DNA of 64,000 bases from Escherichia phage vB_Eco_F27. The notes beneath the pieces are model-generated. The model was not told the DNA's origin. It saw nothing but the letters and a program-made list of their open reading frames with translations, and did not search any database. The stretch lies in the sequence record OP870146.1. One strand, written 5' to 3'. Position numbers and translations under genes: made by a program. Positions 36,331 through 45,882 of the stretch are shown here, piece by piece. The number at the start of each line of letters is the position of its first letter. Positions within the stretch are counted from its first letter, which is position 1.

Positions 36331-37017
36331 TTAGAAGTCGTGAGTAGAATCGGCTTCCATCGCAATAACATAACTTACTTGAGAGCTTTCAAACTTGGCT
36401 GCAACTTTATCACCAGCTCCCCACAACATTACTTTATAGTTACCTGGCTGGATTTTCATATTAGCCATATTGATTACGAAGTTAAAGTTGTTAGAACCAT
36501 CATAATCGGTAAGAGTCAAAGAATACTTAGGACGAGTTAGTCCGGAATCTTCAACTTTATTATAGCCATTGATAACAATTTTACCATCTTTATTTGTAAT
36601 AGCAATTGTATCAATCTGAAGTCCACGTGAAACTCGAAGCAATTGTTGAAGGTCTTCAGCTTTAATTTCAGTAATCACAGAAGCCACTGGGAATTGAATT
36701 GGCTTATTAGGAAAAACAATGGTGCTCTTGTCGGCAGCAGGCCAATAAACTGTGGAACGTGTATCTGCAATTTTAATATTGCCATCAGTATGCATTGAAA
36801 TTTCGGCATCATCAGACACTAGACTCAAAATGCTTAAGAAGCTATTCAAATCATAAAGTGCTACGTCAAAATCAATTTCATCAGAGATATTTGCTTCCGC
36901 ATAAGTGGTGCCATTAACTGCGCGAGTCATAATAAATTTACCTTGACTCAGCAGAATGCCAGAGTTAATAGAGGCAAAGTTTTTCAGAATAGCGATAGTA
37001 TCTTTAGACAGTTTCAT
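36331..37017 (-). CDS. 45: sliding clamp
   Basis: Start at MKLSKDTIAILKNFASIN; 228 aa; synteny. Confidence 0.9.
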   Translation of the reverse strand: MKLSKDTIAILKNFASINSGILLSQGKFIMTRAVNGTTYAEANISDEIDFDVALYDLNSFLSILSLVSDDAEISMHTDGNIKIADTRSTVYWPAADKSTIVFPNKPIQFPVASVITEIKAEDLQQLLRVSRGLQIDTIAITNKDGKIVINGYNKVEDSGLTRPKYSLTLTDYDGSNNFNFVINMANMKIQPGNYKVMLWGAGDKVAAKFESSQVSYVIAMEADSTHDF

Positions 37018-37059
37018 TTTATTTCCTTTCAAGACAATTCAAAGTTTATAACAAATTTA

Positions 37060-37476
37060 TTACGCAGCAACCATCTGCTTTTTAATAGCTTCAGGCAGTG
37101 ATTCAATATATTCTGGAATTTTAGAAGCAACAATTTCGCCAGCTGCAATTAGTTGTTCGTCGGCATCAACACAGTAAAAATCTTCAAGGCGTTCAGAACC
37201 GTCTTTATCAAGAACGATTTTAGCACCTGCTTCGATAGAATCTTTATAGTGCTTACGCATCAAATGAATCCACATATCAGACACATCGTTATCAATAAAA
37301 CCATAAATCATAAAACGAGTTTCTTGTGGCAAAGATTGGAGTTTTTTAGCACTTGCGTCATCACAATGCAGGACCCATGCTTTACGAACACGATTATGGT
37401 TATGTGGGTTAGCGTCAGTACGGATAGAAGTAACTTTCAGATCAGCAGCAGTGAAACCTTTAGCAGTAGTAAACAT
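37060..37476 (-). CDS. hypothetical protein at rpbA position
   Basis: 138-aa ORF between 45 and 46; synteny only. Confidence 0.45.
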   Translation of the reverse strand: MFTTAKGFTAADLKVTSIRTDANPHNHNRVRKAWVLHCDDASAKKLQSLPQETRFMIYGFIDNDVSDMWIHLMRKHYKDSIEAGAKIVLDKDGSERLEDFYCVDADEQLIAAGEIVASKIPEYIESLPEAIKKQMVAA

Positions 37477-37488
37477 ATTATTTCTCTC

Positions 37489-37689
37489 TTATTCGTAGAA
37501 GTCGGTAACTGTCCATGCGGAATTGCGATTAGACATTATTTTATTATACTCATCTTTAAAAGCAGATTTGAGCATTTGTTCAGTAACAATATGTTCTTCA
37601 CCTGAAAACGTATTGGTCAAAACATATTTTTTAATTTCAGGGACAACGAGAAGATGTTGTCCAGTTGAATACTCCATGTTGTTCTCCAT
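37489..37689 (-). CDS. hypothetical protein
   Basis: 66-aa ORF. Confidence 0.4.
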   Translation of the reverse strand: MENNMEYSTGQHLLVVPEIKKYVLTNTFSGEEHIVTEQMLKSAFKDEYNKIMSNRNSAWTVTDFYE

Positions 37690-37731
37690 TTAATTTGATG
37701 TGGTCATTATAACCACATCGTGTTAAAGCGT

Positions 37732-39420
37732 TTATGAAACAGTCATTACAGTAAATCGTCCAACTTTGCTCATTTGCAAATGTTGTCCATAACGTTGAGG
37801 GTCATGGTCCCTATGAGAAATAATGAACACGTTAGTATTTTGTAAACTTCCAAGAATGGTATCTATAGCCTTAACAGCTTCAGAATCAACTGCCCCATCA
37901 AAAACCTCATCAAGAATCAGAGTGTTGATTTTAACACCAGAGACCTTTTCAGCAATATCTCGCCATGTAAACAACAACGCGATATCAATGCGTGCTTTTT
38001 CACCTTGACTAAATGAAGCATAACTAAAATCTTCACGACCACGTGATTTTATAGATTCATTGAATTCTTCATCAATAGAAAACACGTAATCAGCTTCCAT
38101 AATTTTAAGATAATGGTTAATCTGCTTGTTGAACAGAGGCACATATTTTTTAATGATAGCACCTTTAATACCAGAATCTTTTAACATATCTGTGATAATA
38201 CCACGATGGTATTTTTCAAGAACGGTATCCGATTTTGTTTTAATGATTTTATCAAGTTCTTTTTGAAGCAAAGCTATCTCATCGGCATGGTCGATAAATT
38301 CTGCTGAGGCTTGCTCTATTGCAGCTTTAACTTTCTTAGCTTTATCAATAGTGGCAATCATTGCTTGTTTCTTGGTACGAATATCAGATGCAAGGTCCTG
38401 CTTAGTCTTAACATTAGCTCTATATTCATCAACTAGGACACTCAGATTATCTCTGTGACAGGTAAGTTGCTCGAATGAGTGATTACATTCATGAAGCTTA
38501 TCGGTAATCTTAGAGACAATAGGGTCACCCTGGTGCAATTGTGATGCACAAGTAGGACATGTGCCACCGTCATGATACATCTTAATAACTTTGTTATATG
38601 AGTCAATTTTAGATTTAATCAAGAATGCTTCTTGTCCTATCTTATTGAATGCCTCAGTAGGGTCTTCATCAAGAACGATATTAAGTAGTCGCTCATTAGC
38701 TTCTTCGATTTCTGCTTTTAATGAACGAGCTTCTTTGGCTAGGTCGTCATACATATTCTGTAGACGCGCTACATTATCACCAGATAATTTCTTTTGACGT
38801 TCGATATTCTCATTATAAATCTTAATTTGTTGGATAACACCATCTTTCTTGGCATCGAGAACTTGCCCCTGGGAATTAAGTTCGCGAACTTGAGACTTAT
38901 TGATTTTATCCATTTCAGCGAGTGTGCCGACTTCTAAAAGGTCTTCGACAAGTTTTCTACGAGCAGGGGTGCTAAGAGCCATGAAAGGGGTATACCCTGC
39001 CGTCCCAAGCACAACGATCTGTTTAAAAGACGCGTATGACATTCCGATGCTACGTTCAAATTCTTCTTGGAAGTCACGACTGCTGGCAGATTCATCGAGA
39101 CGAACACCGTCAACGGAGATTTCGAAAATATTGGGCTTTTGGCCGCGTCTAATGAAGTATTTTTTATCATCGAATTCCATCCAAAGCTCAACTAAGAGCT
39201 CTTTCTTGTTCGTGCTATTAATGATTTGTCCTTTCTTAACATCACGAAATGGTTTACCGAAAAGTCCGAAAGTAATGGCTTCTAACATCGTAGATTTACC
39301 ACCGCCATTTTTACCAGTGATTAATGTCTTTTGGACTTTATCTAATTGGATATCAATAGGATTCCCACCTACCGACATGATGTTTTGATAACGAACACGA
39401 TTTAATTTAAATGATTTCAT
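37732..39420 (-). CDS. 46: recombination endonuclease subunit (SbcC/Rad50-like ATPase)
   Basis: 562 aa; Walker A GKNGGGKST, coiled-coil, CPTC zinc hook, signature/Walker B LILDEVFDG. Confidence 0.9.
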   Translation of the reverse strand: MKSFKLNRVRYQNIMSVGGNPIDIQLDKVQKTLITGKNGGGKSTMLEAITFGLFGKPFRDVKKGQIINSTNKKELLVELWMEFDDKKYFIRRGQKPNIFEISVDGVRLDESASSRDFQEEFERSIGMSYASFKQIVVLGTAGYTPFMALSTPARRKLVEDLLEVGTLAEMDKINKSQVRELNSQGQVLDAKKDGVIQQIKIYNENIERQKKLSGDNVARLQNMYDDLAKEARSLKAEIEEANERLLNIVLDEDPTEAFNKIGQEAFLIKSKIDSYNKVIKMYHDGGTCPTCASQLHQGDPIVSKITDKLHECNHSFEQLTCHRDNLSVLVDEYRANVKTKQDLASDIRTKKQAMIATIDKAKKVKAAIEQASAEFIDHADEIALLQKELDKIIKTKSDTVLEKYHRGIITDMLKDSGIKGAIIKKYVPLFNKQINHYLKIMEADYVFSIDEEFNESIKSRGREDFSYASFSQGEKARIDIALLFTWRDIAEKVSGVKINTLILDEVFDGAVDSEAVKAIDTILGSLQNTNVFIISHRDHDPQRYGQHLQMSKVGRFTVMTVS

Positions 39421-39671
39421 ATGTATTCTCTTCGAATGAAGTCCTCTACATATTTTAACATGTCATCTCTATCAGCAAAATATTCATCTAGTTCTGCATA
39501 CATAACAACACCTGGTGCGTACTCACAGGTAACATACATTGTTCCAAAGAAACGAGGAGTTGATTCCTCGTAATTCTCAGTCCATTCAACGATACCAATA
39601 TAGCCGTCACCAATACTAAATTCATGACGATGGATTTCATAATCAGTCTTCGTCATTATACGCATCCTCAA
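39417..39671 (-). CDS. hypothetical protein
   Basis: 84-aa ORF. Confidence 0.4.
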   Translation of the reverse strand: MRMRIMTKTDYEIHRHEFSIGDGYIGIVEWTENYEESTPRFFGTMYVTCEYAPGVVMYAELDEYFADRDDMLKYVEDFIRREYI

Positions 39672-39900
39672 TACACGCTTCAGCCATTTTAATAATAGAG
39701 CCGGGAGTATCGTTGTCCATTATATTAAAGCTAAATTCAATAGCCCAGTCGGTGCAGACATGAACTGCTTTAACTTCATTGCCTTCAACGCGTAATGGCT
39801 CAATCCAATACTTGATGGTGTTCTCGAATCCATCATCATCTTTAACGTCTATTTCAACTTCAAGCCCGAGCCCAGCATTGTTAAATTCATCTAAAGTCAT
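39643..39900 (-). CDS. hypothetical protein
   Basis: 85-aa acidic ORF. Confidence 0.4.
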   Translation of the reverse strand: MTLDEFNNAGLGLEVEIDVKDDDGFENTIKYWIEPLRVEGNEVKAVHVCTDWAIEFSFNIMDNDTPGSIIKMAEACIEDAYNDED

Positions 39901-40916
39901 TGTGTTGCCTCAATATAAAGTTCGTTGGAATATTTGACCAGCGCTTCTCTGTCTTCGTCTGAGATATCTGGAATCGCGTCAATATATTCTTTAATGATAT
40001 CTTGAAGTGATTTAATCTCGATTTCCTGGTCGTCATCAGATTCAACACTGTTATCAACTTTAGAAACCATACGAAGAGAGTGAACTACTTTTTCAAGTTC
40101 AGATTCAAACTTAGTCAACTCTGAATCAATTTCTGATACTATAACACGTACGGCTAGATTAGTATAATCAGAATAATTAATTTTGCCTTTAAACGGATAA
40201 GTGATTCGTCGATGCCATGTTGTTTCATTAGGAATAAATTCCATACGTTCAACATCAGTGTCAAATACCCAGAATCCGCGTGGGTCGTTCTCATCGCCTG
40301 CAGTAAGGGTCCATGGTGTCCCAATATATTTGACGTTAGCAGCTTCAGAGATTGTGTGGAAGTGGCCGGACCAGACTTGTTTATAGGTCTTTAAGAAATC
40401 AGGTTCAAGCCCATGAGACTTCATTCCTTTATAGAAATAAAAGCCATTCAGTTCCCAGTGACCAACACAATACGCAGCAGAAGAAGTCTTGATGTGCTCT
40501 AATATTTCACCTGTATTTTCTTCACACATCCATGGAACGATATCAATCAGACATCCGTCAAAATCTACAGTAGTCGGATGCTCGTAAATAGTAAAGTTTT
40601 CAAATTGAGTTAACAATTCAGAAACAGTGTTAGGTGTTATTGTATTCTTAAACGCCATGTCATGGTTTCCTATCGTGACATGAACGTGAATGCCTGCTTT
40701 AGAAATCATATCAACGATTTCACGATTGAATTCCATTGTACGATGTGTTATTGCTTTACGGACGTCAAACCAATCACCGTACTGAATCCAAGTTTTAATC
40801 CCGTGTTTCTTAGAGTATTCAATTGCTTGATGAATACCATCACGTTGAATATCTTGAACCCATGGGTCGTCTTGTTTGACTCCGATATGGAAGTCGCCTA
40901 AGTGCAAAATTTTCAT
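39897..40916 (-). CDS. 47: recombination endonuclease subunit (SbcD/Mre11-like phosphoesterase)
   Basis: MKILHLGDFHIG ... GNHDM calcineurin-like motifs; 339 aa. Confidence 0.9.
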   Translation of the reverse strand: MKILHLGDFHIGVKQDDPWVQDIQRDGIHQAIEYSKKHGIKTWIQYGDWFDVRKAITHRTMEFNREIVDMISKAGIHVHVTIGNHDMAFKNTITPNTVSELLTQFENFTIYEHPTTVDFDGCLIDIVPWMCEENTGEILEHIKTSSAAYCVGHWELNGFYFYKGMKSHGLEPDFLKTYKQVWSGHFHTISEAANVKYIGTPWTLTAGDENDPRGFWVFDTDVERMEFIPNETTWHRRITYPFKGKINYSDYTNLAVRVIVSEIDSELTKFESELEKVVHSLRMVSKVDNSVESDDDQEIEIKSLQDIIKEYIDAIPDISDEDREALVKYSNELYIEATQ

Positions 40917-40959
40917 ATTATTTCCTCATTAGTTAATTCATTCTATCATCCGTTTATAA

Positions 40960-40988
40960 AGCAAAAAAAGGAACTCCGAAGAGTTCCT
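40960..40988 (-). terminator. rho-independent terminator
   Basis: AGGAACUC-UUCG-GAGUUCCU then UUUUUUUGC. Confidence 0.65.
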
Positions 40989-41159
40989 ATCCACATAGTA
41001 CACCATACAGAGGCTCATTTGAACTTTTAAATCGAATGGGCTTGTACGTAATAGTTCCTTCGGCTTTAGCTTTATCATAAGACTCTTTAAAACGTCTCAT
41101 TCTTTCTGCTTTGCCTTTACGGATTTTATCGAAATTTTCAGAAGTCGGGATGTTCGTCA
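40986..41159 (-). CDS. small hypothetical protein
   Basis: 57-codon ORF not in track (MTNIPTSENFDKIRKGKAERMRRFKESYDKAKAEG...). Confidence 0.35.
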
Positions 41160-41199
41160 TGCATAAGCACCTCTCAGAAAATACCTAAACCGATTTCTC

Positions 41200-41403
41200 T
41201 CATTGTTTCCACCATTTCTTAACTTGAAATGAATCAACCCACACGAGTTGTTTTGGGTCTGCCTTTACAATAGGCGGACAAATTTCTGTAATAGAACCGT
41301 CATGATATTCCTTTTCAGAAATTTTAACACAAAGAGGACCTCCCAATTTAAGGGTGAACCCTGCGTTCAGCTTCAGACGTTTAAACTTTGTTTGAACTAG
41401 CGC
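41200..41403 (-). CDS. hypothetical protein
   Basis: ORF, start uncertain. Confidence 0.35.
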   Translation of the reverse strand, partial: ALVQTKFKRLKLNAGFTLKLGGPLCVKISEKEYHDGSITEICPPIVKADPKQLVWVDSFQVKKWWKQ

Positions 41404-41704
41404 CATTAATGATGTCCTCAATAGCCTGACGAGTAGTAACCCACTGGATTTTAATTAACTTGTCATTATATGGTTGTCGTAGAATATCCCGAGATTTCTT
41501 AATAGCATATTCGTAAGCTTCGAAGTTGTTTTGAATTGCTGCTTCTTGAGCATGTGCATAAAGACGGTTTAGTTCAAAACGATTCTTTTTAAGAATCTTT
41601 TCGGATTTTTTACGTGCTTCAGCTTCATTTTTCTTTTGGATTTCTTGTAGCATTTTAGCTACTGCATCTTCTGCTTCTTTATTTTCAATAATCTCGGTAG
41701 TCAT
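41381..41704 (-). CDS. hypothetical protein
   Basis: 107-aa ORF, lysine/glutamate-rich. Confidence 0.4.
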   Translation of the reverse strand: MTTEIIENKEAEDAVAKMLQEIQKKNEAEARKKSEKILKKNRFELNRLYAHAQEAAIQNNFEAYEYAIKKSRDILRQPYNDKLIKIQWVTTRQAIEDIINGASSNKV

Positions 41705-41705
41705 A

Positions 41706-41921
41706 TTATCTCATTAAATTAAAATAAAAACGTCCGTCCTCTTCAATACAGAACTCGTACTCAACTGGAGTTCCATTTATCGAAAATGACACGTCATGTG
41801 GGTTCAAAGGGTCGATGTCAAAATTAATTTTAAATTCTCGACCCAACAGTTTTACCAAATAAGGGATTGCTTCGTCAAAAGGTTCTTCTAAGTAGTTAGA
41901 GATGTCAATTGTCATCCTCAT
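41706..41921 (-). CDS. hypothetical protein
   Basis: Start taken at MRMTIDIS downstream of gene 55 stop. Confidence 0.4.
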   Translation of the reverse strand: MRMTIDISNYLEEPFDEAIPYLVKLLGREFKINFDIDPLNPHDVSFSINGTPVEYEFCIEEDGRFYFNLMR

Positions 41922-42480
41922 ATAAAAAATCCAAACTAGGCGAATCGCTAACAACTTCCTTCTTTTCAGCCCCAGGAGCTTTATAAGCGGATTCTTCATA
42001 ATGCGTCATTTTATCGTAGATGTCTTGAATAAACGTTTCATCTACCAACGCTACCATATCATCGTCATGACTGTCGTAGACATTATGAACGAAGTAACTA
42101 TATTTCTTTGCAACTTCCTTACGTTCTTTTTTGATACGTTGGACAAAAGCATTAAAACAAGCTCGAGTTATGTATGCATGTGGGTTATTGTACTTAGTTT
42201 CGTCGAAATTATGAAGTCCCTTAATAGAGGCTTCAATCCCATCTGCAATCATCTCCTGCTTCCAAGACTGGGTATATCCTGAAAAGTTGAAACGTTTGGA
42301 CAGGCCTTCGGCGATAAGCATAATTGCTAAACCGATGGTATCATTCTGACGAATAATTTTGTTTGGGTCTTTATTATTTAAGAGCTCCTTTTTCCATTCG
42401 ATTATAGCGGCGAGAAGCTCTTTATTATTCACATAGTTATTTTTAGGTTTTTGTTCAGTCATAAGTACCTCTTGGCTCAA
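41905..42480 (-). CDS. 55: late-transcription sigma factor
   Basis: [83 protein letters not shown] nearly identical to recalled T4 gp55. Confidence 0.95.
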   Translation of the reverse strand: MSQEVLMTEQKPKNNYVNNKELLAAIIEWKKELLNNKDPNKIIRQNDTIGLAIMLIAEGLSKRFNFSGYTQSWKQEMIADGIEASIKGLHNFDETKYNNPHAYITRACFNAFVQRIKKERKEVAKKYSYFVHNVYDSHDDDMVALVDETFIQDIYDKMTHYEESAYKAPGAEKKEVVSDSPSLDFLYEDDN

Positions 42481-42617
42481 TTCATAGGTCTATTATATCA
42501 TAATATTTAGAGACCTATCTTAAAGCACGAGATACTATCAAAGATACGTAACTTTTATAAAGTTGTCGACTTAAAATTCACCAAACTTTTCTTCGGTTAT
42601 AGTGATTCGAGATAGTT

Positions 42618-42845
42618 TCATTCTATTTCCTTTGCTGCAAATAAGGCAGCATCCAACGAATCAAATTGGTCAACGAAATCAATATTCAACGCATCGTCAA
42701 CCGTAGCATATAACCACCATTGTTTGAATTCGTATTCTAGAATAAATCCAGGACCTTCAATCTGAGGAAGACCTAGGCTATTTGTACCAACTTCGTAACC
42801 AGCTAGACGCAAGTCATTAATCAAAGTTTCTGTTAATACGCTCAT
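42618..42845 (-). CDS. hypothetical protein
   Basis: 75-aa ORF. Confidence 0.4.
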   Translation of the reverse strand: MSVLTETLINDLRLAGYEVGTNSLGLPQIEGPGFILEYEFKQWWLYATVDDALNIDFVDQFDSLDAALFAAKEIE

Positions 42846-43174
42846 TTTACCGCCTTAACAATTTTCAAGTCAGCGAATTTTTTCTTACGTTGATTTTTCA
42901 TACGACGGATAGTCTTTTCAGAGATTTCATGTTTCTGATAAGCTTTAGATTCAACACCAAATGCAGCAACGTCAAATTCAGAAAGAATATATTGTACTAG
43001 AATTTCGCGAATAGAATTACGTCCAATTTTCTGGTCGTGTTTTTGCATGATTTCATAAAGACGGAATTCCCACGCATCAAGAACTTGAGGAGTAACAATA
43101 TTGCCGGATTCCAGAAGAGCAACAACTTTATCGAAAGCGAAAGAATTAACTACGTTTTTGATTTTAGTAGACAT
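42842..43174 (-). CDS. hypothetical protein
   Basis: Start taken at MSTKIKNVV. Confidence 0.4.
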   Translation of the reverse strand: MSTKIKNVVNSFAFDKVVALLESGNIVTPQVLDAWEFRLYEIMQKHDQKIGRNSIREILVQYILSEFDVAAFGVESKAYQKHEISEKTIRRMKNQRKKKFADLKIVKAVK

Positions 43175-43243
43175 ATTATTTTCCTCGGTTATTTTATTAT
43201 CCAATGAGAGCATTATACTCTGCTCTCAAGAGTTTGTAAATCG

Positions 43244-43444
43244 TTATCCGAACTTTTTAGCGCCTTTCCAGCCTTCGTACATAACTGCGCAAGTCAATAG
43301 CACAGCGTGTTGGCATTCTTTGTATTTGTAAATCCAGAACCAGCGTAAGAAGTCTTCATCCTCAACGCCGTTGAGTTTCATATTGGCAAAGAATTCAGCT
43401 CGTTCTTCGCGAAGTTTTTGAGATAACATAGATTCAGGATTCAT
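43244..43444 (-). CDS. hypothetical protein
   Basis: 66-aa ORF. Confidence 0.4.
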   Translation of the reverse strand: MNPESMLSQKLREERAEFFANMKLNGVEDEDFLRWFWIYKYKECQHAVLLTCAVMYEGWKGAKKFG

Positions 43445-43575
43445 TTTATATTCCAGGCCCCATTTTCATCGATGAACTTAATCCAGTCATTTACAGACCA
43501 TTTAGTTGTATCACCCTTTGGATTAACATTTAAAGTATATAATCCCTGCTTAAAAAGCATTCGTTTGATATTCAT
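43441..43575 (-). CDS. small hypothetical protein
   Basis: Start taken at MNIKRMLFKQ to avoid overlap with upstream gene. Confidence 0.3.
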   Translation of the reverse strand: MNIKRMLFKQGLYTLNVNPKGDTTKWSVNDWIKFIDENGAWNIK

Positions 43576-43582
43576 AATTTCC

Positions 43583-43876
43583 TCAACTGTAACGATAACA
43601 TTCGTTAGCTTTACGTTTGGCTTCAGTATGAGAAGTATTATAATCATACTCTTCTTTACTGTAAACATCTTTTTTCAACTTACGAACTTCTTTGCGGAGT
43701 TGTCGATTCATTTCATTCTTGACTTCAGAATCAACGCCTTTCATACGTTTCCATTTATCTGAGCGGAAAATGTTTTCAACCATGTCTTTGTGGCTAACAC
43801 CGTCAGGAGCTTTACGCTTACCAAAATAGTCGTAATCACGAACTTTCAAATCTTTACGACGATATGTTTTACCCAT
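43583..43876 (-). CDS. hypothetical basic protein
   Basis: Start taken at MGKTYRRKD. Confidence 0.4.
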   Translation of the reverse strand: MGKTYRRKDLKVRDYDYFGKRKAPDGVSHKDMVENIFRSDKWKRMKGVDSEVKNEMNRQLRKEVRKLKKDVYSKEEYDYNTSHTEAKRKANECYRYS

Positions 43877-43883
43877 AAGTACC

Positions 43884-44132
43884 TCAAAGGTTGATTGATA
43901 CAATGCGTTTGATAAAATTCACTTCACTTACTGAAAGGTCTTTAAGACCGATTGATTCTAAACGCTGAGTAAGCGTCAACATCGGGATATAATCCCAATG
44001 AGTTTTATTTGCTTGATAAGTACGAACGCCATTAGCAATTTCAACATACAAATCGGAAATGGTAACGAATACCGGTCGCTCGTCATTAACTTTAAGGGTT
44101 AGAACAACTTTCTTTGAATCTAAACTAATCAT
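43884..44132 (-). CDS. hypothetical protein
   Basis: 82-aa ORF. Confidence 0.4.
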   Translation of the reverse strand: MISLDSKKVVLTLKVNDERPVFVTISDLYVEIANGVRTYQANKTHWDYIPMLTLTQRLESIGLKDLSVSEVNFIKRIVSINL

Positions 44133-44431
44133 GGCTTAATTTCCTTCGCAATTGAACAGAAGATACCACGGTCACAAAGCATTTCACCAATTTCTGGATA
44201 TTTGATTGAACGGTACCAAACATCCAGGCTTGAAACTCTGGTTATCTGTACGGCATTACCATTGACAGAATAGTACTGGTCAACCTTAATTTCTTTATCT
44301 TCAATTGTCATTTTATTTTCCTCTATAGTAGATGGTTTAATCTTAACACATCTATTGAGGATGTAAACTGTTTTATGAAAATATTTTTGATTTGAGAGGG
44401 GCACAAGGAGATAGTGAAGTGAAGATTCCAA
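44129..44431 (-). CDS. hypothetical protein
   Basis: ORF, start uncertain (MESS or MTIEDKEIKV). Confidence 0.4.
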   Translation of the reverse strand: MESSLHYLLVPLSNQKYFHKTVYILNRCVKIKPSTIEENKMTIEDKEIKVDQYYSVNGNAVQITRVSSLDVWYRSIKYPEIGEMLCDRGIFCSIAKEIKP

Positions 44432-44476
44432 TGGATTATATTAGAAATGAGATAAAGAAGACCAGGCGGCACCTGG

Positions 44477-44800
44477 TCAATCTTCTATGATATCAGAGTC
44501 ATATCCTAATGAAATCAAGGACTTTTTAAACTCTGCAATATTCTTTTGTTTCTTATCATTTAAAAATATGACAGGATAACGAATGTTAAGAGATGTGAAT
44601 CCTGCACGTTTAGCAAGAGATACGATTAAAGGACGGTCATATTCAATCTTACCATTATTAGTGAGGACTTTATAAAATGTATAAGGAGCATTGAGCTCCT
44701 TTAAAAGTTTTGTAACAGTATAACATCCTGGACAACGTCCTACTTCTTCAGGGATGCCATAGATTTCAATCTTGTTCTTTAAGTTCGAGTTTTGTTCCAC
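44477..44800 (-). CDS. glutaredoxin/NrdH-like redoxin (start codon uncertain, possibly GTG)
   Basis: KIEIYGIPEEVGRCPGCYTVTKLL ... YPVIFLNDKK thioredoxin-fold CxxC; no in-frame ATG downstream of overlapping upstream ORF; GTG at 44798-44800 preceded by AAGGA. Confidence 0.5.
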   Translation of the reverse strand: MEQNSNLKNKIEIYGIPEEVGRCPGCYTVTKLLKELNAPYTFYKVLTNNGKIEYDRPLIVSLAKRAGFTSLNIRYPVIFLNDKKQKNIAEFKKSLISLGYDSDIIED

Positions 44801-45083
44801 AAGAAATAATTCCTTGGTAAGCCCAATAAGGAGGATTAACAGGATCCTCGCCAGAGTTTTCTTCAGGAAAATAAACCTGGATAACGAAGCCGGATTCATC
44901 AAAGGTAAAATAAACCGTAGGCAGTTCACCTAACAAATCGGCACGAGCGTTGATTTCTTCGAGGTCTTGTTCACGTCCAGCCCAGAAGCTTGGGTTCAGA
45001 CTACATTCATAGAAATAATAGTCATTACCGAACATATCAAAACCATTCCAACTCTCTACTACATACCGCTCAAAACTAATCAT
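44766..45083 (-). CDS. hypothetical protein
   Basis: 105-aa ORF. Confidence 0.45.
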   Translation of the reverse strand: MISFERYVVESWNGFDMFGNDYYFYECSLNPSFWAGREQDLEEINARADLLGELPTVYFTFDESGFVIQVYFPEENSGEDPVNPPYWAYQGIISCGTKLELKEQD

Positions 45084-45085
45084 AA

Positions 45086-45301
45086 TTAAGCCTTTTTATC
45101 AAGAACAGAATTCAGTTTATTAGTAATTTTGTCCAAACGTTCATTGAATTCGCTGGAGGATAAACCCTTTTCTGGAGAAATTAAACTAATCACGAAAAAT
45201 ACGCCAGTAAAAGGAATAAGAAAAATAGCTCCAACTGCCATAAACAAAAAGAACGTTACAGTTGTAAGAAAATCAGCTAAACCTTTACGAAATTTGTACA
45301 T
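45086..45301 (-). CDS. small membrane protein
   Basis: 71 aa with hydrophobic core. Confidence 0.5.
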   Translation of the reverse strand: MYKFRKGLADFLTTVTFFLFMAVGAIFLIPFTGVFFVISLISPEKGLSSSEFNERLDKITNKLNSVLDKKA

Positions 45302-45411
45302 ATTTACCCTTAATTAACTAAGCATTGATAATCATTAAACTATATTGCGAATAAAATTCTGGACCAAAACGAAAAATCATATCATTTATAGTATCCATAA
45401 TGTAATTCAAT

Positions 45412-45882
45412 TTAATCATGTTTCCACACCCCATCGGTATTTGACCAAAGTCGCTGATTATCTGATCCTCGCCACAGCTTTTTAGTCGGAAGATTTTTCT
45501 CATACTTCCCATCAATAATAACATCAACATATTTAAGCATTTCTAGTTGTTTAATATCTTCAAACTTATATCCTGTCCACAACCAAATGCTTTTATTGGG
45601 ATAAAGATTTTTTACTGTTTGAACAATGCAATGAATAACATCTCGGTTATCAGGATAGAGAGGGTCACCTCCGGTTATAGTTAATCCTTCTATATAATCA
45701 TTATTCAAACATTCAATTAATTGTTCTAGTGTTTCACCAGTGAATGGAACACCATTTCTAGCATTCCATGTTGATTTATTATAACACCCTTCGCATTTAT
45801 GCAAACAACCCGTAACGAAAAGAACGACCCTGCATCCAGGGCCATTCACAAAATCGCAAGGATAAAATCTATCATAATTCAT
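45412..45882 (-). CDS. nrdG: anaerobic ribonucleotide reductase activating protein (radical SAM)
   Basis: CLHKCEGC CxxxCxxC motif near N-terminus; 156 aa. Confidence 0.93.
   Translation of the reverse strand: MNYDRFYPCDFVNGPGCRVVLFVTGCLHKCEGCYNKSTWNARNGVPFTGETLEQLIECLNNDYIEGLTITGGDPLYPDNRDVIHCIVQTVKNLYPNKSIWLWTGYKFEDIKQLEMLKYVDVIIDGKYEKNLPTKKLWRGSDNQRLWSNTDGVWKHD

Noticed and set aside
42481-42530. Possible promoter with MotA-box-like TGCTTTA upstream of gene 55
   Set aside because: Spacing between the box and any TATAAT-like element does not fit the middle-promoter rule, and no GTTTAC -35 is present
45318-45530. 70-aa ORF overlapping the 3' end of nrdG
   Set aside because: Overlaps the well-supported radical-SAM NrdG frame over most of its length; likely spurious
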